Shown: positions 55,757 to 64,000 of the stretch, piece by piece
Layout of the letters: every line of letters begins with the position of its first letter
How positions within the stretch are numbered: position 1 is the stretch's first letter
Assembly: GCA_036269095.1 (NCBI GenBank)
Contig: DATASU010000014.1
Location: 27-64,026 of the forward strand
From: Solirubrobacteraceae bacterium
GTDB taxonomy: Bacteria > Actinomycetota > Thermoleophilia > Solirubrobacterales > Solirubrobacteraceae
Direction: 5' to 3'
Length of the DNA stretch: 64,000 nucleotides
Position numbers and translations under genes: made by a program
Notes under the pieces: generated by a model
What the model saw: the letters and a program-made list of their open reading frames with translations, nothing else
Database searches by the model: none
Told to the model about the DNA's origin: nothing

Positions 55757-56622
55757 CGGTCTCTCCGGTTGGGTTCAGCTGGGGCTTGCGATCCGCCGAC
55801 CAGGTCGCTGACCGAGTCGATCACGTAATCGGGGGTGACCGGGTCGGTGTCGACGTCGCTCGCGCGGGTCGCGCCCGACAGCACGAGCACGCCGCTGGCG
55901 CCCGCCGCCTGGCCCATCGCCACGTCGGTCATCAAGCGGTCTCCGACGACAGCCGTCCGCGACGGCTCGATCGCGATCCGCCGCAGCACGGTCTCGACCA
56001 TCTGCCGGTTGGGCTTGCCGACGACCGCCTCGGCCCGCGCCCCGGTGCAGGCCTCGATCGCCGCCAGCATCGCCGCGCAGTCGGGGAGCCCGCCGTCGGC
56101 CGTCGGGCAGTAGGGGTCGGGATTGGTCGCCACGATCACGGCGCCACGCTCGCGCACCGCGCGGTAGGCCGCGGTCAGCTTGGCGTAATCGAACGTGCGG
56201 TCAAACGACACGACGACGACGTCGGCCTCGGTCGGCTCGCTCGTGACCAGGTACCCGGCCGCCCGGAGGCTCTCGATCACGACCCGCTCGGCAACCGCCA
56301 GCAGCGTGCGGCGCGGGTGCTGGGCGCCGAGGTAGTCGATCAGCGCGTCAACCGATGTCGTCACCTCATCGGGGTCCGCCGGGATCCCGATCGCAGTCAG
56401 TCGCTCGGCATAGGTCGCCGCGGTCGACAGCGGGTTGTTGGTGACGAACGCGACCTGCGCGCCCCCGGCCCGCAGCGCCGCCACGGCCTCCGGCGCACCC
56501 GCGATCGGCTGCTCGTCGAGGTACAGCGTCCCGTCGAGATCGAAGATGTAGGCGTCGAATCGAGGTATTTCCTGCGGCTGCCGTCCCGCTGGACGGCCGC
56601 CTGGCTGCAGCGCCTCACTCAT
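55753..56622 (-). CDS. HAD-IIA phosphatase (NagD/AraL-like)
   Basis: FDLDGT, VTNN, GKP, GDRLMTD. Confidence 0.92.
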   Translation of the reverse strand: MSEALQPGGRPAGRQPQEIPRFDAYIFDLDGTLYLDEQPIAGAPEAVAALRAGGAQVAFVTNNPLSTAATYAERLTAIGIPADPDEVTTSVDALIDYLGAQHPRRTLLAVAERVVIESLRAAGYLVTSEPTEADVVVVSFDRTFDYAKLTAAYRAVRERGAVIVATNPDPYCPTADGGLPDCAAMLAAIEACTGARAEAVVGKPNRQMVETVLRRIAIEPSRTAVVGDRLMTDVAMGQAAGASGVLVLSGATRASDVDTDPVTPDYVIDSVSDLVGGSQAPAEPNRRDR

Positions 56623-58067
56623 AGTCCGCAGCCGAACGACTCGGCCAGCGTCACGACCTGCTCGACGCCCGCGTCGTCCCACAGACCGAGCAGGAAGGCG
56701 AGGTCGGCGACCGTGAAGCGGTCGCGCATCAGGTGACAGTTGGTCAGCGCCCAGCGCGCCCGCTCGGGCGCGATCCCGAGCTCGTGCAGGCGCGTCGGCG
56801 CACCGCAGCCGACGAGTGCCGCGGCCAGCCGCCGCGGTGGCGCGAGCAGCCGCGCGAGCTCGGCGTCGAGCTGCGGCCAGCGCTCGGTGATGCCGGCCAG
56901 TGCCGCTGCGCCGGCGTTGTGGCGCTCGAGCTTGCGCCGGTAGTCGCTCCAGCATTCCGCCGCCATCGCGCCCGACGGATCGGCGGCGCTGAACGCCTCG
57001 GTGACGCGTGCCTGCATCTCCCGCTCGTCGGGGAAGCGCAGCGCCGCGAGCGCGCCGTCGCGGATGGCCTTGCGCACGACCTGCCAGAGGCAGGCGGCGA
57101 ACACCGAGAGGATCCCGACCTGGGCTCCGTGCAGCGCGCCGTGGCCATCGGCCATCTCGATCAGGTGGCTGGCCGTGTGCTCCATCCCCGAGCCCGGCGC
57201 GGTCCGGCCGGCCGCGCCCATCGCGATGCCACTGAGCGTCAGCCCCGCGCTCAGCAGCTCGAGCGCGCGGTGATCCCCGCTGCCGACGCCGGCGGCGTGA
57301 TCGAGCACCGGGTCGACGTGGTCTCGGGCGAGCGCCACGATCGCGGGCGAGAAGCTGTCGTCCTGGCCCATGAAGGCCGCCAGCCGCCAGTCCGCCGGCG
57401 CCGTGTAGCTCGCGAGCAGGTCGCCGAGCCCGGCGCGGTTCATCGCCACCGGCGCGCGCGTGATCACGTCGGTGTCGATGATCAGCCGGTCCGGCCAGCG
57501 CGTTGGCGTCGTGCGCTTGACGCCCTCGAGCACGAGCACCGACTGATCGTCGGCAAAGCCGTTCACGCTCGCGGCCGTCTGTACGACGATGTGCGGCAGC
57601 CCGTGCAGGCGGCTGCTCGCGTACTTGCCGATGTCGCTGAGCGTGCCCGAGCCGACCGTGACCAGCAGGTCAGCCGTGCCGATCTTCTCGACCGCGGTCG
57701 CGAGCGTCGCCGGGTCGGCGTGTACGTCGGCATCGTCACCGCCGATCTCCACGGTGCGTACGCGACCGTTGCCGGAGAGCGCCTCGCGCACCCAGAGCTT
57801 GAGCTCTCCGCCGCCGTGGCCGAGCATCGGGCGGCGGTCGACCAGCACCGCGATCTCACCGCCGGCGGGCATCAGCTCGCGCGCCAGCTCAGGCAGGCTC
57901 GAGCACGCGCCGGGACCGATCAGCACCCCGCCGAGACCGAGCTCCGTCGGGGCGCCGCTGCCGGGTTGCGCGAGCAGCGTGCGCAGGCCGTCGAGGTCGC
58001 TCAGCAGCTCGAGGCCGTCGCGCCGGGGGTCGGCGATCGCCTCGGGCTCCGCGGGGCGATCGCTCAT
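56619..58067 (-). CDS. Glycerol-1-phosphate dehydrogenase-like (AraM/EgsA family)
   Basis: GSGTLSDIGK, TAASVNGF, GLGD, GMEHTASH, LHGAQV, RDRFT. Confidence 0.85.
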   Translation of the reverse strand: MSDRPAEPEAIADPRRDGLELLSDLDGLRTLLAQPGSGAPTELGLGGVLIGPGACSSLPELARELMPAGGEIAVLVDRRPMLGHGGGELKLWVREALSGNGRVRTVEIGGDDADVHADPATLATAVEKIGTADLLVTVGSGTLSDIGKYASSRLHGLPHIVVQTAASVNGFADDQSVLVLEGVKRTTPTRWPDRLIIDTDVITRAPVAMNRAGLGDLLASYTAPADWRLAAFMGQDDSFSPAIVALARDHVDPVLDHAAGVGSGDHRALELLSAGLTLSGIAMGAAGRTAPGSGMEHTASHLIEMADGHGALHGAQVGILSVFAACLWQVVRKAIRDGALAALRFPDEREMQARVTEAFSAADPSGAMAAECWSDYRRKLERHNAGAAALAGITERWPQLDAELARLLAPPRRLAAALVGCGAPTRLHELGIAPERARWALTNCHLMRDRFTVADLAFLLGLWDDAGVEQVVTLAESFGCGL

Positions 58068-59566
58068 GACGTGCCTCCTGCCCGGTCGGTCGAGGACGTC
58101 CATTGCTCGATCGTGTCGTAAAGCGAGCGGTAGTGCCGGTAGAGCTGCTCGTAGGTCTCGACGTTCTGCGGCCGCGGGGCGATCGGCTCCGGATCGAGCT
58201 CGACCGCGCGCTCGACGGCCTCATCGAGGTCGGTGAACGTCCCCGCGCCGACGCCCGCGAGCACCGCGGCCCCGGTGCTGGTGGCGCAGTCGCCGAGGAT
58301 CCGGCGCACCGGGCGGCCGGTGACATCGGCCTTGATCTGCAACCACAGATCCGATCGGGCGCCGCCACCGACGACGCGCAGCTCCGACGCGTCGACGCCG
58401 AGCGACTCGAGCCGATCGACGATGTCGCGCAGCGCGTAGCAACAGCCCTCGATGACCGCGCGTGCGAGTTGCTCGACTCCGGTGCCGAGCGACAGCCCGG
58501 TGAACGAGCCGCGCATCGCGTCGTTCCAGCGCGGAGCCATCGACCCCGAGAGCGCGGGCAGGAAGCGCACGCCGTCGCTGCCGGCGGCTGCCCGTGCGGC
58601 GGCGGTCAGCAGCTGGCCCTGGGTGCGCCCGCTGATCTGCGCCAGCCAGGCCGTGCTGCCGCCCGATACGAAACCCGGGTTCTCGAGCAGGATCACGCCG
58701 TCGCTGGCGTGCGCGTGGGTCTCGACCAGTCCTTCGGGGTCGATCACCAGGCGCGGGCTGGGGGCGGTGACCGGCTCCGCGGTGCCGGTCACGTCGACGA
58801 GCGCCCCTGGCCCGACGGCTCCCGCCCCCAGCGTGCCCCCGTGGTCATCGCCGGTCCCGCAGACGACGACCGTCCCGGCTCCAAGTCCCAGCTGCCGCGC
58901 GATCTGCTGGCGCAGCGTTCCGATCGGATGGTGGGCGACACCGATCTCCGGAAGCTGCCGCGGATCGAGCCCCGCGGCATCGAGCAGCTCCTCCGACCAG
59001 CCGCGCTGCTCGAGGTCGTAGAGCAGCGACGAGGACGCGTTGGCGTGGTCATGCACGACGTTGCCCGTGAGCCAGCCGTTCATGTAGGCGCCGACCGAGC
59101 CGAGCCAGCGCGCGGCGCGGTAGCTGTCGGGCTCGTTATCGCGCAGCCACATCGCCTTCGGGCCGCTGTGCGACGAGTCAGGGTTGAGGCCGGTCAGCGA
59201 CCTGAGGCGCTGCTCGCCGACACGCTCGGCGAGCGCCGCCGACTGCACCGCCGCGCGGCGATCCATCCAGATGATCGCCGGGCGCAGCGGTTGGTGATCG
59301 GCGTCGGCCGCGACGATCCCGTCGACCTGGCAGGCCAGGCCGATCGTGACCTCGTCGGCGGCCGATATCCCGGCCTGTGCGCAGGCGCTGCGCGTCGCCG
59401 CGATCAGCGCCTGCTGCCAGTCACGCGGATCCTGCTCGGCCCAGCTCGCGGCCGGAACGCTGAGCGCGCAGGGGGAGCTCGCCACAGCCACGCGCTCCCC
59501 TGCGTCGTTCAGGATGCAGGCCTTGACGCTCTGTGAGCCGACGTCGAGGCCGAGCAGGAATCCCAT
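58064..59566 (-). CDS. FGGY-family carbohydrate kinase
   Basis: GLDVGSQSVKA, WAEQDP, IIWMDRR, VGGGARS. Confidence 0.93.
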   Translation of the reverse strand: MGFLLGLDVGSQSVKACILNDAGERVAVASSPCALSVPAASWAEQDPRDWQQALIAATRSACAQAGISAADEVTIGLACQVDGIVAADADHQPLRPAIIWMDRRAAVQSAALAERVGEQRLRSLTGLNPDSSHSGPKAMWLRDNEPDSYRAARWLGSVGAYMNGWLTGNVVHDHANASSSLLYDLEQRGWSEELLDAAGLDPRQLPEIGVAHHPIGTLRQQIARQLGLGAGTVVVCGTGDDHGGTLGAGAVGPGALVDVTGTAEPVTAPSPRLVIDPEGLVETHAHASDGVILLENPGFVSGGSTAWLAQISGRTQGQLLTAAARAAAGSDGVRFLPALSGSMAPRWNDAMRGSFTGLSLGTGVEQLARAVIEGCCYALRDIVDRLESLGVDASELRVVGGGARSDLWLQIKADVTGRPVRRILGDCATSTGAAVLAGVGAGTFTDLDEAVERAVELDPEPIAPRPQNVETYEQLYRHYRSLYDTIEQWTSSTDRAGGTS

Positions 59567-59569
59567 CGA

Positions 59570-61069
59570 TCAGGCCTCCGCGAAGGCCTCGGTGTTCTTT
59601 GCCTCCTCGATTCCGCCGGTGGCGAGCACGGACCCGGCCGACTTCAGCACGTTCGGCCGGACGACGCCGAGCCACACCGCGATCCCCGCGGCGACCACGA
59701 CCCACCCGAGGATCACGATCGGGAACTTGTCGTATGGGGAGCTCGAGTTCTCGAGAATCTGCCCGACCAGCAGTGCGACCATCAGCCCGCCGCCGGCGAC
59801 CGGGAGGATCCCGTGCCTGATCAGGCTGAAGCGGCCCGCCCGCCAGAAGTGCACGGCGGCGGCGAGGTTCGTCAGCACGTAGACCGGCAGGATGCCGAGC
59901 GTCAGCAGGAAGCCGAGGTAGCCGTAGACGTTCGAGCCACCGGCCGGATCGCCGAGGCCACCGCTCACGGCACCGACGATCAGCGCCACGATGATCGAGA
60001 ACGCGCCGGTGAAGAACACCGCCTGCGAGGGCGTGTTGCGCTTGGCGTCGATGTGCCCCATCGACTTCGGCAGCAGCCCCTCCGAGCCCATCGTGTTGAG
60101 AATCCGGGCGATGCCGTTGGCCGAGTTGATCATCACGGCGAACATGCTCGAGACCGAGGCGATGATCACCGGCCACTTCATCCACGACGCGTACATCGTC
60201 GCCAGCGTCGGCCACGGTGTCGAAGCGCCGGTCAGCGCATTGGTCGCCCTGGGGCCGAGCCCGACGGTCTCAGCCCAGACACAGAACACGTACAGCAGCC
60301 CGACGAACAGCGTGCCGACGATCACGGCACGCGGGATGATCCGCTTGGGCTCGCGCACCTCGTGCCCGAGTGTGGTCGCGCCCTCGAAGCCGACGAAGCT
60401 CAGCGCGGCGAAGACCCAGCCCACGACCAGTCCATGGAAGCCCTGCGGCGATGCACCCGGGTCGAACGGGTGCAGCGTGATGCCGTGCTTCCCGCCGTGC
60501 GCGAGCACCAGCACCGCAAGCAGGAACACCACGCAGACCTCGAGTGAAAACAGGATCAGCGCCATTCGCAGTGAGGTGCGGATGCCCTCGAACCCGAGGA
60601 AGATCATCAACCCCGCGGGAACCATGCCGATGATCCACCAGGGAATGTTGGCGCTGAACTCGGTACGGAATGTCGACTGCAGGAATGAGCCGATCAGCCC
60701 GATCTCCGCCGGCGGCAGCAACGCGTAGGCGACGAACATCAACGCGCCCGTCACGAACCCGGCCTGCGCGCCGAGCGAGCGGGTGACGTAGGTGTAGAAG
60801 GCGCCCGCGCTCGGGTACTCGGCCGCCATCTCGATGATCCCGGAGGCGGTGAGCAGGATCGCGAGCAGGCACGCGCCGTAGACGAATGGGGTCGCCTCAC
60901 CAGAGAACGGGGTCGAGAACTGCGGGTTGAAGAACGTCGATACGGCGGGACCCATGATCGCCGTCGACATGATCACTGCGCCCGTCAGGCCGACGGCGTT
61001 GCGCTTGAGTGCGCCACCGCCGCGTCCGGATTGCTGTACGCCCGACACCGTTTGTTCGGCTGTCGACAT
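59570..61069 (-). CDS. APC family (amino acid/amine) permease
   Basis: MGPAVS, PSAGAFYTY, FVGFE, EPKR.IPRA. Confidence 0.92.
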   Translation of the reverse strand: MSTAEQTVSGVQQSGRGGGALKRNAVGLTGAVIMSTAIMGPAVSTFFNPQFSTPFSGEATPFVYGACLLAILLTASGIIEMAAEYPSAGAFYTYVTRSLGAQAGFVTGALMFVAYALLPPAEIGLIGSFLQSTFRTEFSANIPWWIIGMVPAGLMIFLGFEGIRTSLRMALILFSLEVCVVFLLAVLVLAHGGKHGITLHPFDPGASPQGFHGLVVGWVFAALSFVGFEGATTLGHEVREPKRIIPRAVIVGTLFVGLLYVFCVWAETVGLGPRATNALTGASTPWPTLATMYASWMKWPVIIASVSSMFAVMINSANGIARILNTMGSEGLLPKSMGHIDAKRNTPSQAVFFTGAFSIIVALIVGAVSGGLGDPAGGSNVYGYLGFLLTLGILPVYVLTNLAAAVHFWRAGRFSLIRHGILPVAGGGLMVALLVGQILENSSSPYDKFPIVILGWVVVAAGIAVWLGVVRPNVLKSAGSVLATGGIEEAKNTEAFAEA

Positions 61070-61099
61070 CAGACACTCCCTCCTATCTCCTCGTTGTGC

Positions 61100-61119
61100 C
61101 AGACGTCTGACATCTGACT
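61100..61119. promoter_or_regulatory. Candidate GntR operator
   Basis: Palindrome cagacgtctg overlapping direct repeat tctgac-a-tctgac, upstream of the permease. Confidence 0.45.
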
Positions 61120-61247
61120 AACGGGACTCTAAATACGGGTGCGGCGACATGTCAACGTTTCGCGGCACAGCTTTATGAATTCGCGTGTGTTCTCGCGAGC
61201 CGTCGCGCATGCGCGCGGCCGGGTGGCGCCGACTCAGATCTGCCGAC

Positions 61248-61721
61248 TCAGATCTCTGCGAGCAGCGCGGCGAGCGCGGCCTCGGCGCAGGCGACGTCCT
61301 GCGCGGCGCTGCCACCGCTGACGCCGACGCCGCCGACGGCGACGCCGCCGACGGTGACGCCGCCGACGCCGCCGACGCCGCCGATCAGCACCGGCAGGCC
61401 GCCGGCGAACAGCACGTAGCGGCCGTGCCCCGAGGCATGCAGGCCGAAGAGCTCGCCACCGGGCTCGGCCAGCGGCGCCAGATCGGCGGTTGCGGCCCGG
61501 TGCGCGACGGCGGTGTAGGCCTTGTCGACGGCCAGCACCTCGCCCGCGATCTCGGCACCGTCCATCCGTGCGAACGCCTTCAGCACGCCACCGGCGTCGA
61601 CCACCGCCAGCGACACGGCGACGCCCAGTGAGGCGGCCGTCGCGATGCCAGCGGCGATGCCCCGCTGCGCGGCGGCGAGCGTGATCGCACCGGTGAATGC
61701 GGTGGGCGGCGTGTCCTCCAT
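61248..61721 (-). CDS. GlcG/HbpS (DUF336) heme-binding protein
   Basis: AVVDAGG...RMDGA...KAYTA...GGLP...GVSGG...D. Confidence 0.9.
   Translation of the reverse strand: MEDTPPTAFTGAITLAAAQRGIAAGIATAASLGVAVSLAVVDAGGVLKAFARMDGAEIAGEVLAVDKAYTAVAHRAATADLAPLAEPGGELFGLHASGHGRYVLFAGGLPVLIGGVGGVGGVTVGGVAVGGVGVSGGSAAQDVACAEAALAALLAEI
61321..61385 (-). repeat. In-frame (GGV)n tandem expansion within glcG
   Basis: Reiterated acgccgccg units encoding GGVGGVGGVTVGGVAVGGV. Confidence 0.7.
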
Positions 61722-61851
61722 CGCGCAGCAGGCTAACGCGCGAGTTGGTCACGTGAGGCGATCACGCGCGGGGGTCGCGTTCAGAAAGGCCCCTCCAAGG
61801 GGCAAAAGTGAACGCGGTACTCGCGTGCCACCCCCGGATAGCCTTGACCCG

Positions 61852-62355
61852 ATGTCCTCTCGCCGGCTCGCATTCGACCCGATCGCCGAGGCGCGGCGTC
61901 AGTGGGACCTGCACTGGCGCTCCGAGGCGACGCCGCAGATGGTCGCGGTCACCTCGATCATGCGCGCCCAGCAGATCCTGATGCAGCGGCTGAACGCGCT
62001 GCTCGAGCCGCACGACCTCACGTTTCCGCGCTACGAGACGCTGATGGTCCTCTACTACAGTCGCGCCGGCGAACTGCCGCTCGGCAAGCTCTCCGACCGC
62101 CTGCAGGTGCACCGCGCGAGCGTCACCAACGTGATCGACAAGCTCGAGGCCAGCGGCTACGTGGTGCGCGTCGCGCACGAGCGCGACCGCCGCACGATCC
62201 TCGCCCGCATCAGCGATCGTGGCCGTGACGTCGCGGCGTCGGCCACGCAGACGCTCAACCGCGCGCAGTTCGCGACCGCACCGTTGCCCACGGCTGCCTG
62301 CGAGCAACTGTTCGAGCTGCTCGAGCCGCTGCGGCGCGAGGCCGGTGACTTCTAG
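61852..62355 (+). CDS. MarR family regulator
   Basis: LTFPRYE, RLQVHRASVTNVIDKLE, DRRT. Confidence 0.9.
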   Translation: MSSRRLAFDPIAEARRQWDLHWRSEATPQMVAVTSIMRAQQILMQRLNALLEPHDLTFPRYETLMVLYYSRAGELPLGKLSDRLQVHRASVTNVIDKLEASGYVVRVAHERDRRTILARISDRGRDVAASATQTLNRAQFATAPLPTAACEQLFELLEPLRREAGDF

Positions 62356-63203
62356 CCGTAGGCGTAGAAACCGCGGCCGCTCTTGCGGCCGAGGTGGCCC
62401 GAGGTGACCATGCGCTTGAGCAGCGGCGGGGCCGCGTACTCGGGTCGCTTGAACTCGTCGTGGAGCGACTCGCAGACGGCCTGCAGCACGTCGAGGCCGA
62501 TGAAGTCGCACAGTGTCAGCGGTCCCATCGGGTGACCGCAGCCGAGCTTCATGCCGGTGTCGATGTCCTCGCGGCTGGCGAACCCCTCCTCGTACATGCG
62601 CACGCCGGCCATCAGGTAGGGGACCAGCAGCATGTTGACGACGAATCCGGCGCGGTCCTTGGTGCGGATCGGCTGTTTGGCGATCTGCTGCGCGAACGCC
62701 AGCGCGGCGGTTACCGCACCGTCGCCAGAGTCGAGCGCGACGACGACCTCGACGAGTTTCATCACCGGCACCGGCGAGAAGAAGTGCAGACCGACGACGC
62801 GCTCGGGCCGGCTCGTGAAGGCTGCCAGCTCGGCGATCGGGATCGACGAGGTGTTCGACGCGATGAACTGGGCGCCGGGCAGGTGGGCGTCGAGCTGCTT
62901 GAGGATCTCACCCTTGACGCGCGGGTCCTCGAACACGGCCTCGACCGCGGCGTCGGCATCCTCGAGGTCGGCCAGTGAGCTCGTGTAGGAGATCCGCGCG
63001 ATCAGCGCCTCGGCGTCCTCGGCGCTCAGCTTGCCGCCCTCCACGGCGCGCGCGACCGACTCACCGAGCCGCTGACGCGAGCGTTCAAGCGGCGCCACCT
63101 CGGGCTCATACACCGTCACGGCGACGCCGGCCGCGGCGGCCGACTCCGCGATGCCCGAGCCCATGAACCCGGCTCCGACCACTGCCAATCGATCAATCGT
63201 CAT
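62352..63203 (-). CDS. 3-hydroxybutyryl-CoA dehydrogenase
   Basis: GAGFMG, EAVFE, SNTSS, GLHFFSP, HPMGP, GRKSGRGFY. Confidence 0.93.
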   Translation of the reverse strand: MTIDRLAVVGAGFMGSGIAESAAAAGVAVTVYEPEVAPLERSRQRLGESVARAVEGGKLSAEDAEALIARISYTSSLADLEDADAAVEAVFEDPRVKGEILKQLDAHLPGAQFIASNTSSIPIAELAAFTSRPERVVGLHFFSPVPVMKLVEVVVALDSGDGAVTAALAFAQQIAKQPIRTKDRAGFVVNMLLVPYLMAGVRMYEEGFASREDIDTGMKLGCGHPMGPLTLCDFIGLDVLQAVCESLHDEFKRPEYAAPPLLKRMVTSGHLGRKSGRGFYAYG

Positions 63204-63402
63204 GTCCACATCCTGCGCTATTCCCGATCCGTCTGCCTTTTCACCGCCCGCCCGGGCGGTCTCCGGCTGCCGCCTCGCGGCCGCCGTACCCAGCTCAAGC
63301 AGGAAGCGCGACATTCCGATAGTTGGAAGGTCGCCTATTATATGGGTGCGGCGTCCGCGGGCCGGTACTAGGCTGGCGTGAAGGACGCTCGAGGAGACAG
63401 AC

Positions 63403-64000
63403 ATGAGCATCGCGCTGCCGAGCGAAGCGCCGCAGGGCGCCGAGACCGATGGGCCGCCGCTTCGGTTCGTGACCGCGGCATCGCTGTTCGACGGCCATGA
63501 CGCCGCGATCAACGTCATCCGCCGGCTGATTCAGGACCGCGGCGCCGAGGTCATCCACCTCGGTCACAACCGCAGCGTCGTCGATATCGTCCGCGCGGCG
63601 ATCCAGGAGGACGCCGACGCGATCGCGATCAGCTCCTACCAGGGCGGCCACCTCGAGTTCTTCACGTACGCGCTGCAGCTGCTGCGTGAGCAGGGCGCCG
63701 AGCACATCCGTGTGTTCGGCGGTGGTGGTGGCACGATCACGCCTCAGGAGATCTCTGAGCTCGAGGGCGCCGGGATCGAGCGCCTCTACCACCCCAACGA
63801 CGGCATGGCGCTCGGGCTCACGGGGATGATCGACGACCTCATGCGGCACGCCCACGAGCGCCGCCTGCCGGTCGACTCCGAGGCGAAGCTGTGGACGTTC
63901 TGCGCCAAAGATGACGCAGAACGTCCCGAGCTTCCGCCCGACGACCTCACGGTCGCGCGGATGCTCTCGGCGCTCGAGGACGGCGCGCTCGACGACACCA
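63403..64000 (+). CDS. icmF: Fused isobutyryl-CoA mutase/GTPase, N-terminal B12-binding domain (partial)
   Basis: Manual translation [37 protein letters not shown]...SSYQGGH; runs off the window. Confidence 0.88.
   Translation, partial: MSIALPSEAPQGAETDGPPLRFVTAASLFDGHDAAINVIRRLIQDRGAEVIHLGHNRSVVDIVRAAIQEDADAIAISSYQGGHLEFFTYALQLLREQGAEHIRVFGGGGGTITPQEISELEGAGIERLYHPNDGMALGLTGMIDDLMRHAHERRLPVDSEAKLWTFCAKDDAERPELPPDDLTVARMLSALEDGALDDT

Overview
High-GC actinobacterial chromosomal DNA; Thermoleophilia/Solirubrobacterales-like by gene content and frequent leaderless starts (inference only). Left flank (1-11.3 kb): LysE exporter, lipoprotein PBP, a divergent four-gene module (MoxR AAA, peptidase-like/vWA protein, two hypotheticals), and a ferredoxin/DUF59/Cys-rich HTH/hemerythrin module with a shared operator-like motif. 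The main structural signal is a 60-bp direct repeat (56/60 identical, 11321-11380 and 45253-45312). It duplicates the promoter/operator of a divergent tetR-mmpL pair and brackets a ~34 kb catabolic island with no recognisable integrase. The island encodes an ABC importer with two paralogous binding proteins, five M24-fold enzymes (three with remodelled metal-ligand positions), two ACMSD-like amidohydrolases, a candidate AibH/PtmU3-type dinuclear oxygenase with a Rieske ferredoxin, a Cys-form UGSC fusion with NifU-like and CMD partners, several oxidoreductases and a DRE-TIM enzyme. It also carries an XRE-cupin regulator with a recurring GTAG-N5-CTAC motif and a truncated pobA-pcaHG block. Right flank: mmpL, pyc, gfa plus class III ADH, MFS, an uncharacterised operon (APC permease, FGGY kinase, G1PDH-like, HAD, TIM barrel, GntR), GlcG, MarR, 3-hydroxybutyryl-CoA dehydrogenase and the start of icmF. 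No rRNA, tRNA or CRISPR array was seen. All calls come from reading motifs by eye; no searches were run.
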